Shown: positions 22,357 to 30,894 of the stretch, piece after piece
How positions within the stretch are numbered: position 1 is the first letter of the stretch
Layout of the letters: each line of letters starts with the position of its first letter
Source of the DNA: Cytophagales bacterium
GTDB lineage: Bacteria; Bacteroidota; Bacteroidia; Cytophagales; Bernardetiaceae
Reading direction: 5' to 3'
Assembly (NCBI GenBank): GCA_004293815.1
Contig: RDZD01000016.1
Span: 62,141 to 126,140, forward strand
DNA length: 64,000 nucleotides
Translations under genes and position numbers: made by a program
The notes under the pieces: generated by a model
Told to the model about the DNA's origin: nothing
The model's input: the letters and a program-made list of their open reading frames with translations, nothing else
The model's database searches: none

Positions 22357-23505
22357 TCAAGGGCGCGCTTTGACTTTCAGAATCTGCTTTATTTGATTGG
22401 TTTTAGTCCAAACTTCTTCTTCGGTTTGCCCCAGTACAGTTACGTGCCCCATTTTTCGCATAGGCTTGGTGTTTTGTTTGCCATAGAGATGCACAAAAAC
22501 CAGAGGCATAGCCAATACCTGCTCTAGTCCTTCATAATAAGCAGCTCCTATGTGCCCTCTCTCGCCTAGCAAATTGAGCATGGCGGCTTTGCAGCGCGTA
22601 TTCGTGGTAGCTAAAGGCCAACCCATAATGGCGCGCAGGTGCTGCTCAAACTGAGAGCAATCGTTCGCTTCTATGCTGTGATGTCCGCTGTTGTGTGGTC
22701 GGGGAGCTATCTCATTGACCAAAAGCTCTCCGCTCTGAGTAAGAAACATTTCCACTGCTAGTAAACCAACAAACTGCATTTTTAGTACGACGCTTTCAGC
22801 CAGCTTTTGGGCTTCTTCAGCCTCTTTATCGCTTATTCTTGCAGGCGCATAAAGAAAATCAAGCAAGTTAGCAGAAGCATCAACTACCATTTCGGTTGGC
22901 GGGAAACTCATAATTTGTCCTGCTTCGTTACGAGCTACAATAACAGCTACCTCCACTTTGATATCAGCCATTTTCTCTAGTACCGAAGGTTTATCAAAAC
23001 CTAATTTGAGGTCAGAGGCTTCACGGATAAGCTGTACCCCACGCCCATCGTAGCCCTCGCGCCCCAACTTGTGTACAGCAGGCAAAAAATGTGCATACTG
23101 TTGCAAATCAGACAGGTTTTCGGTCAGTACAAAGTCCGTGCTCGGTATTTGATGGTCTTTATAAAATTGTTTTTGAACGCGCTTGTCTTGTATAAGCTGA
23201 ATGTGCTCGGGCTTGGGGAATACCTTTTTACCCATGCCCTCTAATGCCTTTAGAGCATCTGTATTCACGTTTTCTATTTCTATGGTGATCAGGTCGCAGT
23301 CTTTGCCAAAATCCAAGAGAGTTTGGTAGTCTGTCAGTGAGCCACAGATAAAATGATGAGCATATATAGAGGCTGGAGCTTGTGCGTCAGGGTCTAAGCA
23401 ATGAATTTGGCAATTGTAATTGAGCGCGTTTTGAATAAACATCCGCCCTAGTTGCCCACCGCCCACCATGCCAATGACAAACTGGTTAGAAGATTTTGCC
23501 AACAT
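22357..23505 (-). CDS. purK: N5-carboxyaminoimidazole ribonucleotide synthase (ATP-grasp)
   Basis: N-terminal GMVGGGQLGRM, the ATP-grasp core, and APRPHNSGH / RKMGHVT motifs typical of PurK. Confidence 0.88.
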   Translation of the reverse strand: MLAKSSNQFVIGMVGGGQLGRMFIQNALNYNCQIHCLDPDAQAPASIYAHHFICGSLTDYQTLLDFGKDCDLITIEIENVNTDALKALEGMGKKVFPKPEHIQLIQDKRVQKQFYKDHQIPSTDFVLTENLSDLQQYAHFLPAVHKLGREGYDGRGVQLIREASDLKLGFDKPSVLEKMADIKVEVAVIVARNEAGQIMSFPPTEMVVDASANLLDFLYAPARISDKEAEEAQKLAESVVLKMQFVGLLAVEMFLTQSGELLVNEIAPRPHNSGHHSIEANDCSQFEQHLRAIMGWPLATTNTRCKAAMLNLLGERGHIGAAYYEGLEQVLAMPLVFVHLYGKQNTKPMRKMGHVTVLGQTEEEVWTKTNQIKQILKVKARP

Positions 23506-23524
23506 AAAATATCTTAATAAGGGT

Positions 23525-23929
23525 TTAGTGCTCGAATCGTCGTTGATGAAATCTACTCACAGATAGCTCTTTATTGCCATAGAGAATTTCAAAAGTTTCT
23601 ATGTCAGCCAATAAAAGTGCATCTTTCTCCATATAACGCAAAAGAGGCGCGATGACATCTTTTAGTTCGTCTTTAATGAAGTAAAACACAAATTGGTCTG
23701 TACGACGTGTACCCACTAGACCTGCGTTGCGCAGATAAAGCAAGTGCCTAGAGGTCTTGGTCTGGGTGAAATCTAATACTAGCTCCAAGTCTGATACGCA
23801 CATTTCTTGTTTATGAAAAATCAAATTCAAGATTCTTATGCGGGCCTCATCACTGAGTGCCTTGAATATCTCCACGCCTGGCGACAAATTGAAGTGTTTG
23901 ATTCTCATAGAGTCTACAACAAAAAACAA
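23525..23929 (-). CDS. ArsR/SmtB-family HTH transcriptional regulator
   Basis: ALSDEARIRILNLI...CVSDL...TSRHLLYLRNAGLV matches the winged HTH of ArsR-family regulators. Confidence 0.7.
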   Translation of the reverse strand: MFFVVDSMRIKHFNLSPGVEIFKALSDEARIRILNLIFHKQEMCVSDLELVLDFTQTKTSRHLLYLRNAGLVGTRRTDQFVFYFIKDELKDVIAPLLRYMEKDALLLADIETFEILYGNKELSVSRFHQRRFEH

Positions 23930-23996
23930 CAGATTGTTTCAGAATGCAATAATAAGACAAAAAAATTGATAACAAAAAAAACCTTCCTTTTGAAAA

Positions 23997-24072
23997 GGCA
24001 GGCTTTTTTTTGCTACCAGGGATAAAAAATTCCTGCTATTGTTTTAAGCCTGTTGCAATATTACTTGAATCC
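23997..24072 (+). repeat. Intergenic repeat element, copy A (hairpin plus conserved 3' block)
   Basis: About 85% identical to 25938-26016 over roughly 78 bp. It has a GGCAGG-T8...A6-CCTGC hairpin followed by a conserved ATTGYTTTAAGCCTSTTGCA..TTACTTGAATC block. Confidence 0.45.
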
Positions 24073-24394
24073 ACCAGTTTGAGCTAAGAAGACAGAAAAG
24101 AAGCTAAAAAACAACAAGTACTTGAGAAACCACAGTCCGCTCAACAGCCTCGCAACCTACCCAGAAATCCTGTAAGGGCAGCAGATTTTAGAAGATGTTT
24201 TCCATTGGGGGATTATCTGCACCACCGAAAGCAGACCTAGTAAAATTATCAAAATCAAAGGTTTACTTACCGTGTTGAGATAAAAAAATAGTCTGAAATA
24301 AACTCAAGAAATAACATAGGCCGAAAAGTTTCCAAGGAATGCGAGGCTATATATTTGGCAGGATAGATTTGTTAATGACTTGTTAAGACATGCT

Positions 24395-24434
24395 GTTTGT
24401 TTGTTTGTTTGTTTGTTTATTTGTTTGTTTGTTT
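24395..24434. repeat. (GTTT)n tetranucleotide microsatellite
   Basis: (GTTT)6-ATTT-(GTTT)3 is directly visible, about 45 bp upstream of the 24478 start codon. Confidence 0.9.
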
Positions 24435-24477
24435 GGGATTTGAATAACGTTTTTTTAAACATTTAAATCCCAATTCT

Positions 24478-25002
24478 ATGAAGCTTTTAAAATTATTTTT
24501 TGTGTTTGCCTTTGTTATGATTGCACAGGCTCAAGCATACAGTACACAATCAATAAACTCAGACCCTAGCACCCAGCACTACCGCATAAGATTCGTAGCA
24601 AGGTGGGCTGGAGTTGATTTGAATGGCAATGGCCAAACTTGTCCTTGTCCAGGTTGCCGTTGTCCCAGCTGTCCTTGCCCTTTAGGTGTTTGTACTTGTT
24701 TCACCTCATCTCTATTAGAACCTAATCAATCCTTGGCATCAGATGAAGGAGCTGCTGAGATATGGATGGAAAACGGTCTTTTGAAAATAAAATTCTTACA
24801 GACTACGGCGGTAGTTGTGCCTAGTATTGGAACTAACGCGGTTGTTCCGATAAGTGGCGCACCAGGCGCATATTTTGAATTATCCAGCCAAGTTGCTGCT
24901 TTGCTTGGTTATCAAAGTGTTAAAGTCGCACAGGGTTTTTACGTACCCGACTATACGAACTCCCAGTATGGAACAATTACTGTAACGCCAATCCTTAATT
25001 AA
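24478..25002 (+). CDS. Small secreted Cys-rich protein
   Basis: Signal peptide (MIAQAQA) and a metallothionein-like cluster, GQTCPCPGCRCPSCPCPLGVCTC. Confidence 0.5.
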   Translation: MKLLKLFFVFAFVMIAQAQAYSTQSINSDPSTQHYRIRFVARWAGVDLNGNGQTCPCPGCRCPSCPCPLGVCTCFTSSLLEPNQSLASDEGAAEIWMENGLLKIKFLQTTAVVVPSIGTNAVVPISGAPGAYFELSSQVAALLGYQSVKVAQGFYVPDYTNSQYGTITVTPILN

Positions 25003-25009
25003 CCTTTCG

Positions 25010-25056
25010 CCTAGGCTCATTGGCCTCATCAAACCTAGTGAGCCTAGGTTTATTTA
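25010..25056 (+). terminator. Rho-independent terminator
   Basis: A 10-bp stem (cctaggctca / tgagcctagg) followed by a T-rich tail. Confidence 0.5.
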
Positions 25057-25079
25057 TACACCAATAAAAATAAAACACG

Positions 25080-25733
25080 ATGAAAACCGCCATATTTTTT
25101 TGCCTAGGCCTCTTATTATTTACAAGCTTTACAGCTTGTAGTGTCATAACAGCTAATATGTCTTTCTCTACTAATAATGCAAAGAGCATCAATCAAAAGT
25201 CGTTGGATAAGTGGGCAAATAGTGTAGCCTCAAAAAAACATACTTGTTACGAGCTAGATACTGCCTTTACGGCTTATGCAATAAAGTCTGTTGGCCCTTT
25301 TGCAAAGGGGCGAGAAGTGCAGGATCTTCTTCAGCCTATTCAAATATATGCTTTTGAAGGCGATTCCATCGTGTTTTATAGAACCAATTGCGGCTTCCCT
25401 GGGCTCCTGAAAACGAAATGGAATAAGTATAACCAGTTTGACAGTTTTTTGCCCACACAAGCACCCGCTAGTTTGAGCCCTGCCATGGCTCAAATCCGTT
25501 TTTCTGATTTCAAAACCTATTTAAAGCCATTGCCTCATGTGTCACCAAGACCATTTGGCAACAAAACCGTTTTAGTTTTTTGTTCTCACTATGTTTTTGA
25601 CAAACGTGCCCGTCATTTGGCCAAAAATCTTAGAAAAAAATACAAAAAAGAAACGGCGAATTTGGTGTTTGTAAATCAAGACGAACAATTTCTGCTAAAT
25701 AGCATACGCTACTTAGGGCAATGTGGGAAGTAA
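25080..25733 (+). CDS. Hypothetical lipoprotein
   Basis: Signal peptide with lipobox FTACS. No recognised domain. Confidence 0.5.
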   Translation: MKTAIFFCLGLLLFTSFTACSVITANMSFSTNNAKSINQKSLDKWANSVASKKHTCYELDTAFTAYAIKSVGPFAKGREVQDLLQPIQIYAFEGDSIVFYRTNCGFPGLLKTKWNKYNQFDSFLPTQAPASLSPAMAQIRFSDFKTYLKPLPHVSPRPFGNKTVLVFCSHYVFDKRARHLAKNLRKKYKKETANLVFVNQDEQFLLNSIRYLGQCGK

Positions 25734-25937
25734 AAGAGGGTTTGGTTGCAAGCGCATGATGGCTTTATTATATAAAGAAACAGGTTACTCTATCCTTTGA
25801 GCTTTATACACCTTGTTTCTTTGGTCTGAATTTCTCTTTAATTTTCCGAGAAATAACCTATTTATTTTTGCCAACATAGTTAGCGGTTTCGGAAATACTT
25901 TTTCAGACATATTTGGATGAGTTTTTTTCATCTAATG

Positions 25938-26016
25938 GCAGGAGTTTTTTTTTGCTACTCAGTACAAAAAAAATCCTGCCATTGCTTTAAGCCTCTTGCA
26001 TTTATTACTTGAATCT
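25938..26016 (+). repeat. Intergenic repeat element, copy B
   Basis: Same orientation and structure as copy A (23997-24072), about 85% identical. Confidence 0.45.
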
Positions 26017-26064
26017 AAGAACTGTTTTAGGAACAATTCTCAAATATACCAACTCAAAAATAGC

Positions 26065-26289
26065 TTATTTGCTAGAGGCGTTGGCAGCAAACTGGGCTTT
26101 GATAGCTTCAATATCAATTTTTTTGATAACTGGCTTCGCATTTTGTACTTTCAAAGCCATATTTCTTTTTGCGGTGCGTATTCTTCTTACACGAAGTTTG
26201 CGCTGAACCATTGTTACTGCCATGACAACAAGTATTTTTATAGTGAAAACTCTCTTTACATATTCTGAATTGGGCTGCAAAGGTAGCAA
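26065..26289 (-). CDS. Small basic hypothetical protein
   Basis: Gene-like codon usage, strongly basic N-terminus (MAVTMVQRKLRVRRIRTAKRN); family not securely identified (possibly DUF4295-like). Confidence 0.35.
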   Translation of the reverse strand: MLPLQPNSEYVKRVFTIKILVVMAVTMVQRKLRVRRIRTAKRNMALKVQNAKPVIKKIDIEAIKAQFAANASSK

Positions 26290-26353
26290 TAAAATGTTCT
26301 ACAAACAAACAGAATACTTTATTTTTTTTGCTAGACCCTTTGTTTGGGTTTCT

Positions 26354-27748
26354 TTAGCCATAATAGCCGAGTAGTTTGAGCATGGCATTACTGGTCTGCT
26401 CGTCGCGGAAAAGTCTGCTTCTGAGATTGCCGCTTGCGTCGCGATCCACTATCACATGTTTAGGTGCAGGCACAAGACAGTGTTGTATGCCGCCGTATCC
26501 ACCCAAGCTTTCTTGGTACGCCCCTATGTTGAAGAAGCCAATGTATTGCTTGGTGCCTTTTTTGAACTTGGGCATAGTCAGCTTGGAGGCGTGAGACTCT
26601 GAGTTGTAATAGTCCATGCTGTCGCAGGTGATACCGCCTAGCAAAACCTGATTGAATTCATTGCCCCAGTTATTGATGGGCAGCATGATAAATTTTTGGT
26701 TCATACCCCAAGTGTCAGGCAGCTGAGTAATCAGAGAGCCGTCAATGATATACCAAAGTTCTTTGTCGTTTTGCTTTTTTTGCTCCAAAACCGAATAAAA
26801 CATAGCTCCACTTTCGCCCACAGTGAAACTGCCAAACTCAGTGAAGATACTGGGAACTGGTACATCATATTTCTCACACACGTTTTTGATGGTAAGAATG
26901 ATTTCTTCAGTCATGTATTCATAGTCGTAGGAGAAAGCCAAAGACTGCTTAATGGGGAAGCCACCGCCAATATCTAAGATATCTAAAGTAGGACATATTT
27001 TGCGAAGCTGGCAGTACTTGTGTACAAATCTATCTAGCTCTGACCAAAAGTAGACGGTGTCTTTAATACCAGAGTTGTTAAAAAAGTGCAAAAGCTTGAG
27101 CGAGACCTTTGGGTTATTCTCTATGCGGTCTTTATAGAATGGTACCACGTCTTTGTAGCGTAGCCCGAGACGGGAAGTATAAAAATCTACACCTGGCTCT
27201 TCGTCAGTAGAGAGCCTAACCCCAAGCTGAAAGGGCTTATCAACGGCTTTTTCATAGTATTTCATTTCCTCCATGTTGTCCAAGATAGGAATGCAGTTTT
27301 CAAAACCGCCGTTGATAAGTTCGGAAATACCTTTACAATATTCCACGCGCTTAAAACCGTTATTGAGCACATAGATTTTTTTGTCTATCCAACCTTTTTG
27401 GTAGGCACTCTTGACAATATCTATATCAAAAGTAGAGGAAGTTTCTATATGAGTTTCGTTCTTGAGTACCTCTTCGAGTATAAAACTGAAATGAGAAGAC
27501 TTGGTACAATAACAATAAGTGTAAGAGCCGCCATAATTATGCTTTTGTATAGCGTCTGTGAATAATTTTTTAGCTTTTTGTATATTCTCGCTGACACGAG
27601 GCAGAACCGTCAAGCGAAGTGGAGTTCCAAACTGCTTAATGAGTGGAATAATAGGAACTCCATGATAATGAAGCTCTAAGTTATCCACTACAAAGTCGGG
27701 ACTATCAAAATCAAAGGTATGCTTAATTAGGTTTAGGTAGTTTCTCAT
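26354..27748 (-). CDS. PLP-dependent fold-III decarboxylase, arginine decarboxylase (SpeA)-like
   Basis: GTPLRL...YGGSYTYCYCTKSS aligns with SpeA (YGAPYF...NGDYFLVYPIKVNQ), and the DIGGGFPI PLP/Gly-rich motif is present. The likely start is Met MRNYLN at 27748; the in-frame sequence further 5' does not look coding. Confidence 0.7.
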   Translation of the reverse strand: MRNYLNLIKHTFDFDSPDFVVDNLELHYHGVPIIPLIKQFGTPLRLTVLPRVSENIQKAKKLFTDAIQKHNYGGSYTYCYCTKSSHFSFILEEVLKNETHIETSSTFDIDIVKSAYQKGWIDKKIYVLNNGFKRVEYCKGISELINGGFENCIPILDNMEEMKYYEKAVDKPFQLGVRLSTDEEPGVDFYTSRLGLRYKDVVPFYKDRIENNPKVSLKLLHFFNNSGIKDTVYFWSELDRFVHKYCQLRKICPTLDILDIGGGFPIKQSLAFSYDYEYMTEEIILTIKNVCEKYDVPVPSIFTEFGSFTVGESGAMFYSVLEQKKQNDKELWYIIDGSLITQLPDTWGMNQKFIMLPINNWGNEFNQVLLGGITCDSMDYYNSESHASKLTMPKFKKGTKQYIGFFNIGAYQESLGGYGGIQHCLVPAPKHVIVDRDASGNLRSRLFRDEQTSNAMLKLLGYYG

Positions 27749-28005
27749 CTTTTGATTTACCAAAGAACGCTTGAGAAAGTGAAAGAAATAACAACGGGGC
27801 CATAGCCGATTGCAAATATCTGATATTTGAATGAATGATTTGGTGTTTGGCAAGCATAATTTCAAAATACTATCAAAATTTAAAACAAAATTCATGTAAC
27901 TAATCATTTTGGTAGGCTATCGCACTCTCCATTCCATGAAACTTAGAAAGGCCGCCTTCTTAACAGAAAACAGCCTTTCCAAGTTTCTATTGTTTACTAA
28001 TGCGC

Positions 28006-29337
28006 TTAAACGAGCGAGTCGTAATCTACACGAACACGTTCTATAAACTCACGTACCGAGTTGAAAGACACTACTTGGGTTTTGAAATACTCTACAGCCT
28101 TGTGTACTTCGCTCTCTGTGGCTTTGAAATGCCTCAGAATATTGAGCAAGTGCATTTTCATGTGCCCTTTTTGTATGCCTGTAGTAACTAGAGATTTGAT
28201 AGCTCCAAAATTCTGAGCCAAGCCCGTCACAGCTATGATTTTCATAAGTTGTTCTGCATTAGGATTGCCAAGTAGTTCCAAAGAACGTTTGGCCATAGGA
28301 TGCAAGGCAGTGAGCCCCCCTACAGTACCAACCGCAATAGGAATATCTAGCCAAAACTTGAACATGCCGTTTTCTACGCTGCAATCCGACAAACTCCTGT
28401 ACTGGCCGCTGCGTGCCGCATAGGTGTGGCCGCAAGCTTCTACTGCCCTGAAATCATTGCCTGTGGCTATCACTACGGCATCTATGCCATTGAAAATACC
28501 TTTGTTGTGCGTTGTAGCTCGGTACACATCTTTTTTAGCAATCTCTATAGCTGTTTTGAACTTTTGAGCAAATTGCAACGCATTTTGGTCTTCCACTTGC
28601 CCAAGTTGCTCTATAGGACACTCCACCCACGCACGCACAAGGCACTGGGGCGTATAGTTAGACAAGATGCAGAGCACCACGTTTATATCCTTTTCGTAGT
28701 TGGTAAATATGGGATTGCTGAGCAGCCAAGACTTGAACGTTTGGGCAAAATTTTCTAGGCAAGAATTGATAAAGTTTGCGCCCATAGAGTCGCAAGTTTC
28801 AAAGGTTACCTTCAGCTGATAGTAGTCTGGGATGTGTTGACGGGCATCTATAAGCTCAATATCTAGCACACCGCCTCCGCGAGCCGTCATATTTTTTGTA
28901 ATGCTGGCCGCATTACGCAAAAGTTCTTCGCGCAGTTCATCAAAAACGCAATACAGCTTATGGAAGTCACCCTGCCAAAGAAAGTGTACTTGACCAATTT
29001 TTTGGGTGCTGATAACTTCTGCCTTAAAGCCGCCTTTATCCAGCCAAAATTTAGCACTTTTAGAAGCTGCTGCTACTACTGAGCTTTCTTCTATAGCCAT
29101 AGGAACAGCATAAAATTGACTGTTAATAAGCATGTTAGGCACTATCCCAAAAGGGATATAGAAGTTCGTGATGGTGTTTTCACTAAATTCATCGTAGAGC
29201 TTTTGCACCTCTGCGTCAGTGTGCCAATAACTTTTAAATTCTTGCTCTAGATTTTGGACGTTTGTGCCTATTTGCTGGGCTATCCAACGAATTTTTTCTT
29301 CTTTTGAGAGCTTAGAGAAACCTTCTATGGGAGTCAT
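28006..29337 (-). CDS. mvaA: Hydroxymethylglutaryl-CoA reductase, class II
   Basis: Class II HMGR signatures: EESSVVAAASKSAKF, TCDSMGANF (DAMGAN) and AVGTVGG. Confidence 0.85.
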   Translation of the reverse strand: MTPIEGFSKLSKEEKIRWIAQQIGTNVQNLEQEFKSYWHTDAEVQKLYDEFSENTITNFYIPFGIVPNMLINSQFYAVPMAIEESSVVAAASKSAKFWLDKGGFKAEVISTQKIGQVHFLWQGDFHKLYCVFDELREELLRNAASITKNMTARGGGVLDIELIDARQHIPDYYQLKVTFETCDSMGANFINSCLENFAQTFKSWLLSNPIFTNYEKDINVVLCILSNYTPQCLVRAWVECPIEQLGQVEDQNALQFAQKFKTAIEIAKKDVYRATTHNKGIFNGIDAVVIATGNDFRAVEACGHTYAARSGQYRSLSDCSVENGMFKFWLDIPIAVGTVGGLTALHPMAKRSLELLGNPNAEQLMKIIAVTGLAQNFGAIKSLVTTGIQKGHMKMHLLNILRHFKATESEVHKAVEYFKTQVVSFNSVREFIERVRVDYDSLV

Positions 29338-29554
29338 TAAGGGGTGTTTTTGAGAGATAAAACTATAAAAAAGATTTTCTGTTGTTTAAGAGCGATTAGC
29401 ACCGATCAAAAATAGAGAACTTGCTATCTAAACAACTCATTAAACGAGTCAAGCCTCAAACGGTTTTGAGATTGTTTATTTTTTTTTTGCGGTTTTATTT
29501 TCAAGCATGTCCTAAAACAAAAGATACTGGGCTTTTTAGCCGCAGCTCACCAGT

Positions 29555-30271
29555 TCAAAAGCAGTAATACAACGCAACATGCGCCACAGGGCCGGCTTGG
29601 AACAAAAAACGACTGCCTTCGTGATTGATAATGACTTCGTCCCCGTCACTCAGATAAATACTGCGGGTTTTGTATAAGCTGTAGCCCATTCGCACATTTG
29701 ATTGCCCCACAAGCACAAACCGCTTAGAAAGCTGGTATTGTAGCTCTGCAAAAGGACTGATAAAAACCGTATTGGACGTGCTTTTACCATACTCAGAAGC
29801 GGTGAAATAAGAAGCACTGTCTGGTTGCGGCGTTGGGAGGGGCTCATACTTGAAGTTGCTGTTGCCATAGCGCGCAATGATGTCAATACCAAAGGCTAGT
29901 CGCAACAGAGGACTTATCATCAACTGCCTCTCCACACCCGCACTAGAGGAAAGAGCAAGGATTTTAAATGAGGCCGTGCTTAATTTTGGTGATAGAGAAC
30001 TCTCTTTTCTCCCGCTAAGGTGTCCATACCAAGCACCAGCACCTAATCTAAAAAAGTAGTTCTTGGCTAAGGCGCGTTTATAGCAGATCTCTATGGGCAT
30101 CTGAGCACGTATCTCTGGCTCATAGAAATTTGAGCTATAAATACCCCAGTGCTCTTTCGTAGGTATCCCCGCATTGATGCCGAGTTGGTGCTTGTAAGTT
30201 TTTGCTTGGTCTTGTGCCCAGCAAGTGGCTGAGTAGCAAAATATCAGAGAGAGTATGGATAAAAGACGCAT
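29555..30271 (-). CDS. Outer-membrane beta-barrel protein (paralog 1)
   Basis: Signal peptide; alternating amphipathic beta-strands; C-terminal ALYYCF. Clearly homologous to the 32824..33558 product. Confidence 0.55.
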   Translation of the reverse strand: MRLLSILSLIFCYSATCWAQDQAKTYKHQLGINAGIPTKEHWGIYSSNFYEPEIRAQMPIEICYKRALAKNYFFRLGAGAWYGHLSGRKESSLSPKLSTASFKILALSSSAGVERQLMISPLLRLAFGIDIIARYGNSNFKYEPLPTPQPDSASYFTASEYGKSTSNTVFISPFAELQYQLSKRFVLVGQSNVRMGYSLYKTRSIYLSDGDEVIINHEGSRFLFQAGPVAHVALYYCF

Positions 30272-30450
30272 GAGATTTGATGGGATTGAACAAGGTAAGT
30301 TTAAACTAGATGTAGGAAAATATAGTTTAAGTATTTGTTGAGGCTTGGCTTTAAAGTTTAGCAAGTTATAAATTTAATTTTTATGCTTGAGTTGGTAGCT
30401 TGCTTTTTTTATTTATATTTGCATACATTCCACCTCCAAAAACTGTATTC

Positions 30451-30831
30451 ATGAAAAAATCTTATGATAAAACCGTTTTAGTCGGCAATAAGATAAGACA
30501 TTTGCGCGAACTGAAAGATTATACCCAAGAGTTCTTAGCAGAAACGCTGCAAATTTCGCAATCAAGCTATGCCCGAATAGAGGCAGATGCAACGGATTTA
30601 ACAGTCAATAGACTCTATCAAATATCCGAAGTCTTGGGTGTTACTCCTACAGAACTTTTAGGCTTTGATGAACGCCAAATATTCAATATTTCAAACAACC
30701 AAACAAAGAACGGTAACGGCGTTATGATAGTACATGGTATAACCGACGAGGAGCGTCATTTGTACCAAGAGCAAATAAGTATTCTCAAAACCGAGTTAGA
30801 GTTTGTGAAAAAACTGTTGTTGAACCGATAA
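30451..30831 (+). CDS. XRE-family helix-turn-helix transcriptional regulator
   Basis: IRHLRELKDYTQEFLAETLQISQSSYARIE is a classic Cro/C1-type HTH. Confidence 0.75.
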   Translation: MKKSYDKTVLVGNKIRHLRELKDYTQEFLAETLQISQSSYARIEADATDLTVNRLYQISEVLGVTPTELLGFDERQIFNISNNQTKNGNGVMIVHGITDEERHLYQEQISILKTELEFVKKLLLNR

Positions 30832-30894
30832 GAAAGAGCTACTCGCTAAGAATACCCCCTTCTTATCGGTATGTCTTATACTATTAGGAAAATT

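Noticed and set aside
24395-26016. Possibility that the microsatellite or the two ~80-bp repeats represent a CRISPR array
   Set aside because: Only two non-adjacent copies about 1.9 kb apart, with no regular repeat-spacer periodicity and no cas genes. The GTTT tract is a simple-sequence repeat.
29455-29495. Plus-strand hairpin plus T10 run between HMGR and OMP genes
   Set aside because: A short stem (ctcaaa/tttgag) followed by tttatttttttttt would be a plus-strand terminator, but both flanking genes are on the minus strand and no plus-strand gene ends here. It is more likely just AT-rich promoter DNA for the HMGR gene.
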